Source: Actinomycetota bacterium (GTDB taxonomy: Bacteria > Actinomycetota > CALGFH01). Taken from it: 35,093 bases of DNA. The notes under the pieces were generated by a model, which had not been told where the DNA came from, made no database searches, and saw only the letters and a list, made by a program, of their open reading frames with translations. The position numbers were made by a program, and so were the translations under genes. This document shows, piece by piece, positions 8,574-19,007 of the stretch; the first letter of the stretch is position 1; every line of letters starts with the position of its first letter. The stretch spans positions 1 to 35,093 of the forward strand of contig DASZON010000036.1 of NCBI GenBank assembly GCA_035550755.1, given 5' to 3'.

Positions 8574-9746
8574 TCAGGTGGAGCGGTCCTGGCGGGCCGG
8601 CTCACGGAAGACCGACTCGACTTCGAGCAGCACCCTGGTGGCGCGTTCGGCGAAGCGGCCTGGGCGGAAGGGGGCCAGCAGGCCGTCAGGCACCTGGGTG
8701 GCGATCTCGGCCGCGATCAGGCGCCCCAGAGCCGGGGCCACGGTGACCCCGCTGTGGCTGACGGCCAGGTACAGCGAATCCAGCCAGGGCAGCGGCCCGA
8801 CGATCGGCAGCCCGTCTGACGGCATCGCCCGCCAGGCCAGCCACCACCTGTCCAGCCCAGCCCCGCCCAGGGCCGGGAGGAACCGGGCCGCCTGGGCCAC
8901 CAGGGCCCGGGCATGGTCCAGCCCCGGATTGGTGGCCATCGTCTCCTGGGTGCGCTCGCCGACCAGGACCGACCCGTCGGCGCGCTGGCGCAGGTGCACG
9001 GCCGGCCCCGGCCCTCCGGGCAGGTAGACCACCCGGTCGGTCAGCGGGGACAGCGGCCGGGTCTGGGCCAGCATGCCCGGGCTGGCCACCATCGGGACCT
9101 CCAGCCCGACCGCGGCGGCGACCTGGACGGCTTCGGCGCCGGCGGCCAGCACACAGGTCCGGGGCCGCAGCACCTCGGTGCCCGCCTCCACCCGGACGCC
9201 GTCGTCGTCCAGGCGCACCCGGGCCCGGCCGGTCACCAGGCGGGCACCGGCCTCCTCCAGCACCGTCCGGCAGGCACCCAGCACCAGCGCCGGCTCCACC
9301 TGCCCGTCGTTGGGGGCGAAGCAGGCGGCCGAGACCTGACCGAGGTGAGCGCCGGGCAGCAGCCGCGACAGTTCATCGGAGTCGATCAGGCGGATCGGAT
9401 AGCCAGCGCCGCGAGTGTCGGCCACCTGGCGGGCCAGGTGCCGCCCCTCCTCGGGCTCGCTGGTCCAGCGGACCTCACCGGCCCGGCGCAGCCCGACGTC
9501 GCCGCCGATGCGGCGGGCGAACCGCGGCCAGGCCGACATGCCCGAGCAGGCCAGCTGGAACCAGGCCGCCGGGTCCTTGCCGAAGGCCGAGATCGACGCG
9601 AACGAACCGGTCGACGTGCCCTGCCCCGGCCGCTGGGGGTCGATGACGATCGGCCGCACCCCCCGGTCGACCAGGTGGATCGCGATCGAGGACCCGAGGA
9701 TCCCGGCGCCGATCACCACAACTCCCCCATCAGCAGTGTGTCTCAC
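8574..9746 (-). CDS. FAD-dependent oxidoreductase (DAO / glycine-D-amino-acid oxidase family)
   Basis: The start is trimmed to GTG 9746, after AAAGGAG. An N-terminal dinucleotide fold VVVIGAGILGSS is present. The length (390 aa) and C-terminal HSGVTVAPALG are typical of DAO-family flavoproteins. Confidence 0.8.
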   Translation of the reverse strand: MRHTADGGVVVIGAGILGSSIAIHLVDRGVRPIVIDPQRPGQGTSTGSFASISAFGKDPAAWFQLACSGMSAWPRFARRIGGDVGLRRAGEVRWTSEPEEGRHLARQVADTRGAGYPIRLIDSDELSRLLPGAHLGQVSAACFAPNDGQVEPALVLGACRTVLEEAGARLVTGRARVRLDDDGVRVEAGTEVLRPRTCVLAAGAEAVQVAAAVGLEVPMVASPGMLAQTRPLSPLTDRVVYLPGGPGPAVHLRQRADGSVLVGERTQETMATNPGLDHARALVAQAARFLPALGGAGLDRWWLAWRAMPSDGLPIVGPLPWLDSLYLAVSHSGVTVAPALGRLIAAEIATQVPDGLLAPFRPGRFAERATRVLLEVESVFREPARQDRST

Positions 9747-9824
9747 AGGCGCTCCTTTGTCTGTCCGGCCGCGGGCGGGTGCGCCCACCGGGATCAGTCT
9801 GGGTGGCCGTCGGCGCCTTCGCAC

Positions 9825-9862
9825 GGGGCGACCGGCCCCCGCAGGACCTGGCCGTTCGGCCC
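9825..9862. promoter_or_regulatory. box pair: 9825-9838 GGGGCGACCGGCCC and 9849-9862 TGGCCGTTCGGCCC
   Basis: Two boxes lie 24 bp apart in the divergent region between 9746(-) and 9939(+). The proximal box starts 90 nt upstream of ATG 9939. The minus-sense string TAGGGCCGAACGG is shared with the 14580 box. Confidence 0.45.
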
Positions 9863-9938
9863 TACCGGAGGCCCGGCTTGACGGCGATCCTGAGGGTGCC
9901 CGGCCGGCGGCCGGGACGACGGGAGCGAGGAGGTTCCC

Positions 9939-10661
9939 ATGGAACGCCGCGTACGACGCGTACGAGATGTCATGACCTCCGAGGTTGTCACCATCGGCGA
10001 GCAGACAGGCTTCAAGGAGATCGCCGCCGTGATGGCCGAGCATCGGATCAGTGCCCTACCGGTGCTGGACCCCGAGGGCCGGGTGACCGGGATCGTGTCC
10101 GAGGCCGATCTGCTGCTAAAGGAGGAGCTCCCCGAGGGCCGAGCGCGGAGGCGACTGTTCCAGGGTCGCCGCCACCGTGTGCAGCGGGCCAAGGCGGCCG
10201 GCGCCACCGCGGCCGAGCTGATGACCGCTCCCGCGGTCACCGTCGGCCCCGACGCCAGCGTCACCGAGGCAGCCAGGCTGCTTCACCGGCACGGGATCAA
10301 GCGCCTGCCGGTGGTCGACCCAGCCGGCCCGCTGCTCGGCATCGTCAGTCGCGCCGACCTGCTCAAGGTCTTCCTCCGCGCCGACCCCGAGATCGCCCAG
10401 GAGATCCGCCAGGAGGTGCTCCGGCGGGCCATGTGGGTGGACCCGGACCTCGTCACCGTCCAGGTGCGCGACGGCGTGGTCACCCTGACCGGGCAACTGG
10501 AGCGGCGCAGCCTGATCCCGATCGTCGTCAGCCTCGTCCGTGGCCTGGACGGTGTGGTGGACGTGGTCGACCGGCTCACCTTCGAGCTCGACGACAGCCC
10601 GATCATGGTCCCTTCCGACCTGCTGATCAGTCGTGCTCCCGGGGTGCGCCGCTGGATCTAG
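9939..10661 (+). CDS. CBS-pair + BON domain protein
   Basis: A GAGGAGG SD is upstream. The sequence VRDVMTSEVVTI...ISALPVLD...GIVSEADLL, then ELMTAPAVTV...IKRLPVVD...GIVSRADLL, then BON (VRDGVVTLTGQLERRSLIPIVVSLVRGLDGVVDVVDRL) shows the architecture. Confidence 0.85.
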   Translation: MERRVRRVRDVMTSEVVTIGEQTGFKEIAAVMAEHRISALPVLDPEGRVTGIVSEADLLLKEELPEGRARRRLFQGRRHRVQRAKAAGATAAELMTAPAVTVGPDASVTEAARLLHRHGIKRLPVVDPAGPLLGIVSRADLLKVFLRADPEIAQEIRQEVLRRAMWVDPDLVTVQVRDGVVTLTGQLERRSLIPIVVSLVRGLDGVVDVVDRLTFELDDSPIMVPSDLLISRAPGVRRWI

Positions 10662-10690
10662 CCGCTCCAGCGACGCGAACAGATCGCGAG

Positions 10691-11131
10691 GTGATCACCG
10701 TGCCCCAGGCAGTCCATTGTCATGATGCGCCGAACCGCTTGCAGACGGTGCCAGCGTTTCCGGGCAAGTACCTCAGCCTCACCAGCTTCCGGCGCGACGG
10801 CACCGGGGTGGCCACTCCCGTCTGGTTCGTCGAGGTCGGCGGGCGGCTGCTGGTCGAGACCGACGCCGGCTCCTACAAGGTGCGCCGCATCCGCCGCGAC
10901 CCACGGGTGACCATCGCCACCTGCACCGCCACCGGCCGCCGCCGCGGCATCCCCGTGCCGGCGTGGGCCGAGTTGCTGCCCGACGCCGAGGTGGCCCGCG
11001 TGGAGCGGCTGATGGCCCGCAAGTACCGGGTCGACCTGCTGTTCATCAAGCCATTCCGTGCCCTGCAGCGTGTCCTGCGCCGGAATCGGCCTCGCGGGAC
11101 TCCTGTCATCCTGGAGCTCACGCCGTCGTGA
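10691..11131 (+). CDS. pyridoxamine 5'-phosphate oxidase (PPOX)-family, probable F420/FMN-binding split-barrel protein
   Basis: This is the C-terminal part of a long artefactual ORF. KYLSLTSFRRDGTGVATPVWFV...LLVETDAGSYKVRRIRRDPRVTIA matches the PPOX-class pattern. The start is uncertain, either GTG 10691 or GTG 10700. Confidence 0.65.
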   Translation: MITVPQAVHCHDAPNRLQTVPAFPGKYLSLTSFRRDGTGVATPVWFVEVGGRLLVETDAGSYKVRRIRRDPRVTIATCTATGRRRGIPVPAWAELLPDAEVARVERLMARKYRVDLLFIKPFRALQRVLRRNRPRGTPVILELTPS

Positions 11132-11235
11132 CCGTCGACGCAGGTTCGTGTTGAGGGTGAGGACGGCGGCCGAGCCGCGGCGCCGCCGCCTGGGCGTGGC
11201 CGGCCGCCAGCTGCTGCGGTGGATCTTCGGCGCAG

Positions 11236-11628
11236 CTAGCCGGGGCTGCCGGCCAGGCGGATGGCGGTGCCGAGCAGGTCCCGGATCGACACCATGCCGA
11301 TCACCTGGCTGTCGTCCTCGGACAGGACGGGCAGGTGACGGCATTCGAACTCGAACATGGTCGAGGCCACCTCGTGGATGTCGGTGTCGAGGTGGACGGC
11401 GGCGGGCGCGGCCGTCATGTAGTCGGCGGCGGTGACGTCCCTGGGGTCGGTCCCGTCGGCGATCGCCCGGATGAGATCCCGCTCGGTCAGGATGCCCACG
11501 AACCGGCCGCCGACGGTGACGACCACAGAGCCAACCTGCTCGTTCTGCATCCGCTCGGCGGCATCGGCCAGGCACTCATCGCCTTCGACGCGAACCACCC
11601 AGGGACGGAAGATCGACCTGACGTTCAT
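11236..11628 (-). CDS. CBS-pair domain protein (stand-alone)
   Basis: A GAGGTGAGG SD precedes ATG 11628. Two CBS repeats are present (VGSVVVT...GILTERDLI and YMTAAPAAV...CRHLPVL...GMVSIRDLL). The start lies inside the 3' end of the P-type ATPase gene. Confidence 0.8.
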   Translation of the reverse strand: MNVRSIFRPWVVRVEGDECLADAAERMQNEQVGSVVVTVGGRFVGILTERDLIRAIADGTDPRDVTAADYMTAAPAAVHLDTDIHEVASTMFEFECRHLPVLSEDDSQVIGMVSIRDLLGTAIRLAGSPG

Positions 11629-14545
11629 CTCGCCTCACCTCATCTGGAACAGCGTCCGTCTCTGCCAACGCTAGCCGGCGGCGGTCCGGCGCCTCAGGGT
11701 CTTCTGGCCTGTCGCCTCGGTGCCGGTCGGCCCGGTGCCGGCGGATGACCGCCTTGCGGGCCTCCTCGGCCGCGAACAGCAGCACCGGGGCGGCCAGCGT
11801 CGGTAGCCACTGCGCCAGGGTCAGCGGCTGGTGCCCGAGCAGTGCTTGGATCGGCCCCAGGTAGACGAACCCCAGCAGGGCCAGACCCTCGATGGCCACG
11901 GCCCCCACCAGCAGGCGGTTGGTCGCCAGTCCGATGGTGCGCAGCGACAGCCGGGAGCTGCGGCACTCGAAAGCGTTGGCCATCTGGGCCAGCACGATGG
12001 CGGCGAACACCATGGTCGAAAGGGTGGCCAGCGCTGGGCCGCCGGCCGGTAGGGGCGTCCCCGGACGCCAGCCGAAGAACAGCGCGGCCCCGACCGGCAG
12101 CATGGCCAGCGAGGCGACCGCCTCCACCGGACCGAGGAACCCGAAGGCGCGGGCGAGCACGGCGCGGTCCAGCGACCGGGCCGACCGCGCCCGCGGTTGT
12201 CGCTCCATCACCCCTGGCTCGGGGGGCTCGGCCCCCAGGGCCAGCGCCGGCAGCAGGTCGGTGCCGATGTCCAGGGCGAGGATCTGCAGCACCGACAGCG
12301 CCAGGGGAACACGGCCGGCGGTCAGGGCCCACAGCACGAACGGGGCCAGCTCGGCGACGTTGTCGGTGAGGTGGTAGGTGAGGAACCGCTTGATGTTGTC
12401 GAAGGCGGCCCGCCCCTCCTCCACCGCCTCGACGATGTGGGCGAAGTTGTCGTCCAGCAGGACGATGTCGGCGGCCGAGCGGGCCACGTCGGTGCCGACC
12501 ACGCCCATGGCCACCCCGATGTCGGCCCGGCGCAGGGCCGGGGCGTCGTTGACGCCGTCACCGGTCATGGCCACCACCTCGCCGCGGGCCTGCAGCGCCT
12601 TGGCGATGCGGAGCTTCTGCTCGGGGGCGATACGGGCCAGCACCGACACGCCGCTGCCGAGCAGGTTGGCGAGCGCGTCGTCGTCGGCTGGGAGGTCGGC
12701 GCCGAGCACCACCCGGCCGTTGCGCAGCCCCGCCTTGGCGGCAACGGCGGCCGCCGTGGCCGGGTGGTCGCCGGTGACCATGACCACCCGGATCCCGGCC
12801 CGCCGGCAGCGGGCGATCGCCTCGGGGACCTCAGGGCGGACCGGGTCGGCCATCCCGATCAGCCCGAGCAGCTCCAGGTCCTGCTCGGCAGCCGCCGCCG
12901 TCGGCGGCACCTGGCCGTCGAGCTCACGCCGGGCCAGGGCCAGCACCCGCAGCCCATCGGCGGCGAGGGCCTCCACGTCGGCCAGGACGGCCGCCTCCCG
13001 GCCCGGGTCGAGCGGGACCCGGTGGGCGCCGACCCGGACGGACGTGCACGCCTCCAGGACAGCTTCCGGCGACCCCTTGGTGAACAGCTCCAGCCCGCCC
13101 GTGGCGAGTCGATGGGCCGTGCTCATCCGCCGTCGGGCCGACTCGAAGGGGTACTCTCGCGCCCGTGGCGCCGCCCGCTCGGTCGGCTGCCTGGTCAGGC
13201 CGCCCTTGGCCGCCAGGGTCAGCAGTGCGCCCTCGGTCGGGTCGCCGACACAGCGCCAGCGGCCGTCGTGCCTCTCCAGGTGGGCGTCGTTGCAGAGTAC
13301 GGCCGCCCGGAGCAGGTCCTGCAACTCGGACTGCTCCCTGGGCGTCAGCGGCCGGTTCCCTGCCAACAGCGCCCCAGACGGGTCATAGCCGATCCCTGTG
13401 GCGCGGTACTGCGTTCCGGCCACCGCGACCGCCCGGGCGGTCATCTGGTTGGCGGTTAGGGTGCCGGTCTTGTCCGAGCAGATCACCGTTGTGGAGCCGA
13501 GCGTCTCCACCGCCTCCAGGTGCCGGACCAGCGCCCCACGCCGGGCCATGCGGGTCGCGCTCATGGCCAGCGACAGGGTCAGCGTCGGGAGCAGCCCCTC
13601 GGGGACGAGGGCGACGATCACCCCCACGGCGAACAGGAAGCCGGCCCGCGGCGGGGTCCCAAGGGCGAGGGACACGCCGAAGAAGACCATGCCGGTGGCG
13701 ACGGCGAACCCGCCGATCGTCCCCACCGACCGGTTGAGGTCCAGCCGCAGGGGGGTGGGGCGGCGGGCGACCTCGCCGGTCAGCCGGGAGATGGCTCCCA
13801 GCCGGGTCCTGGCTCCGGTGGCCACGACCACCACCCAGCCGCTGCCGGAGGCGACGTAGGTGCCGGCGAAGACCAGGTTGGATGCCTCAGCCGGGTCCGA
13901 GGGTGCGACCGCCAGGGCGCCCACACTGCGGGGTACCGGTTCGGACTCGCCGGTCAGGGCCGCGTTGTCGACTTTCAGGTCATCGGATTGCAGTATCCGG
14001 CCGTCGACCGACACCCGGTCGCCCTCGGTGAGCAGGAGGATGTCGCCCGGGACCAGGTCGGCTGCGGGGACCCGCCGTTTGCGGCCGTCGCGAAGGGCCG
14101 TCGCCTCCTCGGGGAGCAGCGCCGCCAGCGCCCGGGTGGCCCGCTCGGCCCGGTACTCCTGCACGAAGCTGAAGGCGCCGTTGATGATCACCACGGCGAT
14201 GATCGCCCAGCCGAGCTGGGGCATCTGGCCGATGAAGGCCAGCACCGCCGCGACCCAGAGCAGCAGCGCGAAGAAATGGAGCAGCTGGGCGGCGAACTGG
14301 CGTGGGAGGCTCGGTCCCCGGGCCTGCGGGAGCTGGTTGGGTCCGGCCTGGGCCAGCCGCGCGGCCGCCTCCGGGTACGACAGGCCGCCGGCGTCCACGC
14401 TCAGCTCTCCCAGCACGGCCTCGGCTGGAAGCGTGGCCAGCCGTGGCAGCGATACGTCACCCCGGATCGTGGCCGGGACGAGCGGTCCGGCGGCCCGCCA
14501 TCCCCGGTGTCCATTGCGGCGGCTGGTGGTCGTGGCGGTCTTCAT
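11576..14545 (-). CDS. cation-translocating P-type ATPase (P2 type, CtpF/Ca-ATPase-like)
   Basis: The hallmark motifs CSDKTGTLT, MVTGDHPATA, TGDGVNDAPAL and PEGL are all present, with about 10 TM segments. ATG 14545 (MKTATTT) is preferred over GTG 14575. Confidence 0.9.
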   Translation of the reverse strand: MKTATTTSRRNGHRGWRAAGPLVPATIRGDVSLPRLATLPAEAVLGELSVDAGGLSYPEAAARLAQAGPNQLPQARGPSLPRQFAAQLLHFFALLLWVAAVLAFIGQMPQLGWAIIAVVIINGAFSFVQEYRAERATRALAALLPEEATALRDGRKRRVPAADLVPGDILLLTEGDRVSVDGRILQSDDLKVDNAALTGESEPVPRSVGALAVAPSDPAEASNLVFAGTYVASGSGWVVVVATGARTRLGAISRLTGEVARRPTPLRLDLNRSVGTIGGFAVATGMVFFGVSLALGTPPRAGFLFAVGVIVALVPEGLLPTLTLSLAMSATRMARRGALVRHLEAVETLGSTTVICSDKTGTLTANQMTARAVAVAGTQYRATGIGYDPSGALLAGNRPLTPREQSELQDLLRAAVLCNDAHLERHDGRWRCVGDPTEGALLTLAAKGGLTRQPTERAAPRAREYPFESARRRMSTAHRLATGGLELFTKGSPEAVLEACTSVRVGAHRVPLDPGREAAVLADVEALAADGLRVLALARRELDGQVPPTAAAAEQDLELLGLIGMADPVRPEVPEAIARCRRAGIRVVMVTGDHPATAAAVAAKAGLRNGRVVLGADLPADDDALANLLGSGVSVLARIAPEQKLRIAKALQARGEVVAMTGDGVNDAPALRRADIGVAMGVVGTDVARSAADIVLLDDNFAHIVEAVEEGRAAFDNIKRFLTYHLTDNVAELAPFVLWALTAGRVPLALSVLQILALDIGTDLLPALALGAEPPEPGVMERQPRARSARSLDRAVLARAFGFLGPVEAVASLAMLPVGAALFFGWRPGTPLPAGGPALATLSTMVFAAIVLAQMANAFECRSSRLSLRTIGLATNRLLVGAVAIEGLALLGFVYLGPIQALLGHQPLTLAQWLPTLAAPVLLFAAEEARKAVIRRHRADRHRGDRPEDPEAPDRRRLALAETDAVPDEVRRDERQVDLPSLGGSRRRR

Positions 14546-14580
14546 GGCACCACCCTGGCCCGGGGAATGCACCACCGGCA

Positions 14581-14617
14581 GGGCCGAACGTCCCGTGGAG
14601 AAGGGTCAAGCGGACCC
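14581..14617. promoter_or_regulatory. box pair: 14581-14594 GGGCCGAACGTCCC and 14603-14617 GGGTCAAGCGGACCC
   Basis: The pair lies in the 126-nt divergent region between the P-type ATPase (ATG 14545) and the TusA-like/V-ATPase operon (ATG 14672). The boxes are 22-23 bp apart. The second box is part of the 17-nt palindrome AGGGTC-AAGCG-GACCCT. Confidence 0.45.
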
Positions 14618-14671
14618 TGCCCGGGCGCTGGGCCCGGCTGCCACGCTGGGTGGGCGCAACAGGAGCAGCCG

Positions 14672-14980
14672 ATGCCCGCGACCATTGCCATGGCCCTTGA
14701 CCTGCGGGGCGTGACCGTCACCCTGACGGTGGCCCGCGCCGCCGTGGCCATGGCCGGACTGGGCGCTAGAGAGCCGATCGAGGTGCGGACCAGCGACCCC
14801 GACTCGGTCCGGGACCTGACGGTCTGGGCCAGAGCGACCGGCAACCGGCTGGTCGAGCAGTCCCAAGGTGCCGGCTGGCACCGGTTCGTCCTTCAGACGC
14901 GAGGACCGAGGCCATGGAGGCGGCCGACGCCGAGCGAGGCCACTCGGAGACCAGGAGCTGGCGATGGCATGGCCGGGTGA
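14672..14980 (+). CDS. TusA/SirA-like fold protein lacking the catalytic cysteine
   Basis: An AGGAG SD lies 6 nt upstream of ATG 14672. LDLRGVTVTLTVARAAV...GAREPIEVRTSDPDSVRDLTVWARATGNRLVE follows the TusA pattern LDxxGLxCPxP...GExLxVxxxDPxxxxDIxxW. The Cys-Pro-x-Pro position is replaced by V-T-L-T. The gene overlaps the next gene by 17 nt. Confidence 0.5.
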   Translation: MPATIAMALDLRGVTVTLTVARAAVAMAGLGAREPIEVRTSDPDSVRDLTVWARATGNRLVEQSQGAGWHRFVLQTRGPRPWRRPTPSEATRRPGAGDGMAG

Positions 14981-15422
14981 TCTCCTGAACCGGTTCCGGC
15001 CCGCCGGCACGCCCGGAGCGGCGGCGCGGGCTGGGGTCCCGGTGGATCGGGCAGCCGAGGCGGCCGCTGAGCTCGAACCCGTCCTCGCGCTGCTCGCGGA
15101 GGCCGAGTCGGCCTGCGCGGCGGTGCGGGAGCGGGCGCGGCAGGATGCCAAGGACATCGGCGAGCGGGCCCGGGCGCGGGCGGACGGCCTGCTCGCCGAG
15201 GCCCGCGCCCAGGCGGACAGCGAACGTGCCGCCGCCGCCGCCCGGGCCCGCGCCCGCGGCCAGGCCGAGTCGGTCCGCCTGACCGGCCAGGCCGAACGGC
15301 GGGCGACCGCCCGCCATGAGCTGGCCGAGCAGCGGATGCCCTGGTACGTCAGCCGGGTGGTGGCCATGGTCCGTACCGCCGGCGAGGCAGCGGGAACGAC
15401 CGGCCGGGGAGATCCCCGATGA
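14964..15422 (+). CDS. A/V-type ATPase peripheral-stalk-like coiled-coil subunit (G/H-like)
   Basis: An AGGAG SD precedes ATG 14964. The 152-aa protein is Ala/Arg/Glu-rich and predicted coiled-coil (AEAESACAAVRERARQDAKDIGERARARADGLLAEARAQADSERAAAAA). The assignment rests on its position at the head of the V-ATPase operon and the ATGA overlap with subunit C. Confidence 0.55.
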   Translation: MAWPGDLLNRFRPAGTPGAAARAGVPVDRAAEAAAELEPVLALLAEAESACAAVRERARQDAKDIGERARARADGLLAEARAQADSERAAAAARARARGQAESVRLTGQAERRATARHELAEQRMPWYVSRVVAMVRTAGEAAGTTGRGDPR

Positions 15423-16376
15423 TCGCCCCCCGGACGCCACCGCTGCCTGGTCCGGGTCGTGGCGGCGGCCATGGGACGTCCTGGGTGGCCGGGACCGTGC
15501 GGGCCAGGTCGCTGGCCCGGCGGCGGCTGGGCGCCGGGGCGGCAGGGAGGCTGGCTGGCTCCGCCTCGCTGCAAGAGGCCACCACCGCCCTGGCGGCCAC
15601 CCCGTACCGCCACGGGGTGCGGGCCGGGCAGGACCTCGCCGGAGCCCAGCGCGGGGTCACCGTGACCCTGCTGTGGCACCTGCGGGTCCTGGCCGGCTGG
15701 CTGCCGCGCGACGGCGGGAGGATGCTGCGGCTGCTCGCCGGCTGGTTCGAGATCGCCAACGTCGACGACCTGCTGCAGCAGATGGCCGGCCTGCAGGTGG
15801 AGGGGCCGCTGCCGCTCGGGACCCTCGCCACCGCCTGGCCACGATGCGCGCGCGCCCGCTCCCCCGCCGAGCTGCGGGCCACGCTGGCGACCTCGCCCTG
15901 GGGCGACCCCGGGGGCGACACCGCCCGGGAGGTGCAGCTCGGCATGCGACTGTCCTGGTCCGCGCGGCTTTCCCGGCTGCAGCGGGTCGCGCCGTGGGCG
16001 GCAGGGGCGGCCGCGCTGCTGGTGGCGCGCGAACGGTTCCTGGCCGGCCGGGGACTCCCCGCCACACTGCACGGCCAGGTGACCCGGCTGCTGGGACGGG
16101 ACGCGCTGGCTGCCACCTCCCTTGCCGAGCTGCAGCGGCGCCTCCCCGAGCCCGCCGGGTGGGCCCTGGCCGGGGTCGAGGACCCCGTGGACCTGTGGCG
16201 GGCCGAGGGGGGCTGGTGGTCCCGGGTGGAACGGGACGGATTCGAGCTCCTGGGCGCCGGGAGCTTCGGCGCGGCGCCCGTGCTCGGCGCCGCGGCCGTC
16301 CTGGGCGCCGACGCCCAGCGGGTCCGGGCAGCCCTGGAGCTGGCCGCCCGCGGCGGACGGCCGTTGGAGGTGTTCG

Positions 16377-16390
<14 letters not shown>
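15419..16390 (+). CDS. ntpC: A/V-type ATPase subunit C (V0 d-like)
   Basis: The 323-aa size fits. The pattern ...LEATTALAATPY...LLWHLRVLAGW...LAGWFEIANVDDLL resembles the helical subunit C/d family. Placement between the stalk subunit and subunit I supports the call. Confidence 0.7.
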
Positions 16391-18473
<2,083 letters not shown>

Positions 18474-18477
<4 letters not shown>

Positions 18478-19007
18478 CCCCCCACACCATCCTCTCCCCC
18501 GGCGCCGGCGGCGCGCTCGAACCGGTCCGGGCCTGGCTGCTGGCGGCCGCCCACGCCGAGGCCGAGCGCCTGCGCGCGGAGGCTGCCGCCGACGCCGAGC
18601 GCGTGGTCGCGGGCGCCCGCGCGGAGGCCGACGCGATCCTGGCCGATGCCAGGGCCCAGGGGACCGCGGAGGGTTCGGCGCTGGCCGTGGCCGAGCAGGC
18701 CCGCAGCCGGCGCCAGGCCCGCCGGCTGGTCCTCCAGGCCGAGCGGGAAGCCTATGAGGAGCTGCGGGCCCGCAGCCGCGCGGCGGTCCGCGCCCTGCGC
18801 CAGGACCCGGGCTATCCGGCGCTGCGGGAGCGACTGGACCGGCTTGCCCTTGCCGCCGCCGGGCCGGGCGCCAGCGTCAGCGAGGACCCAGACGGTGGCG
18901 TGGTCGCCGAGGCGCCGGGCATTCGGGTCGACTGCACCCTGGACGGCCTTGCCGAGCGGGCGATCGCAGCCCTCGGCGGGGAGGTGGCGCAGCTGTGGGC
19001 CCCCTGA
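18474..19007 (+). CDS. ntpE: A/V-type ATPase subunit E (peripheral stalk)
   Basis: A 177-aa protein with an N-terminal Ala/Glu/Arg coiled coil, then a globular C-terminus (GGVVAEAPGIRVDCTLDGLAE). Its position immediately before subunit A supports the call. Confidence 0.7.

Noticed and set aside
8574-10043. Full-length versions of track ORFs with long N-terminal extensions. Examples are 8574..10043, 23285..24553, 29191..30453, 32273..33649, 26089..26790, 9779..11131, 16122..17816, 17791..18477, 18357..19007 and 26914..29169.
   Set aside because: The extensions are compositionally shadow-like and run through neighbouring promoters or genes. Internal ATG/GTG starts with strong SD sequences give proteins of family-typical length.
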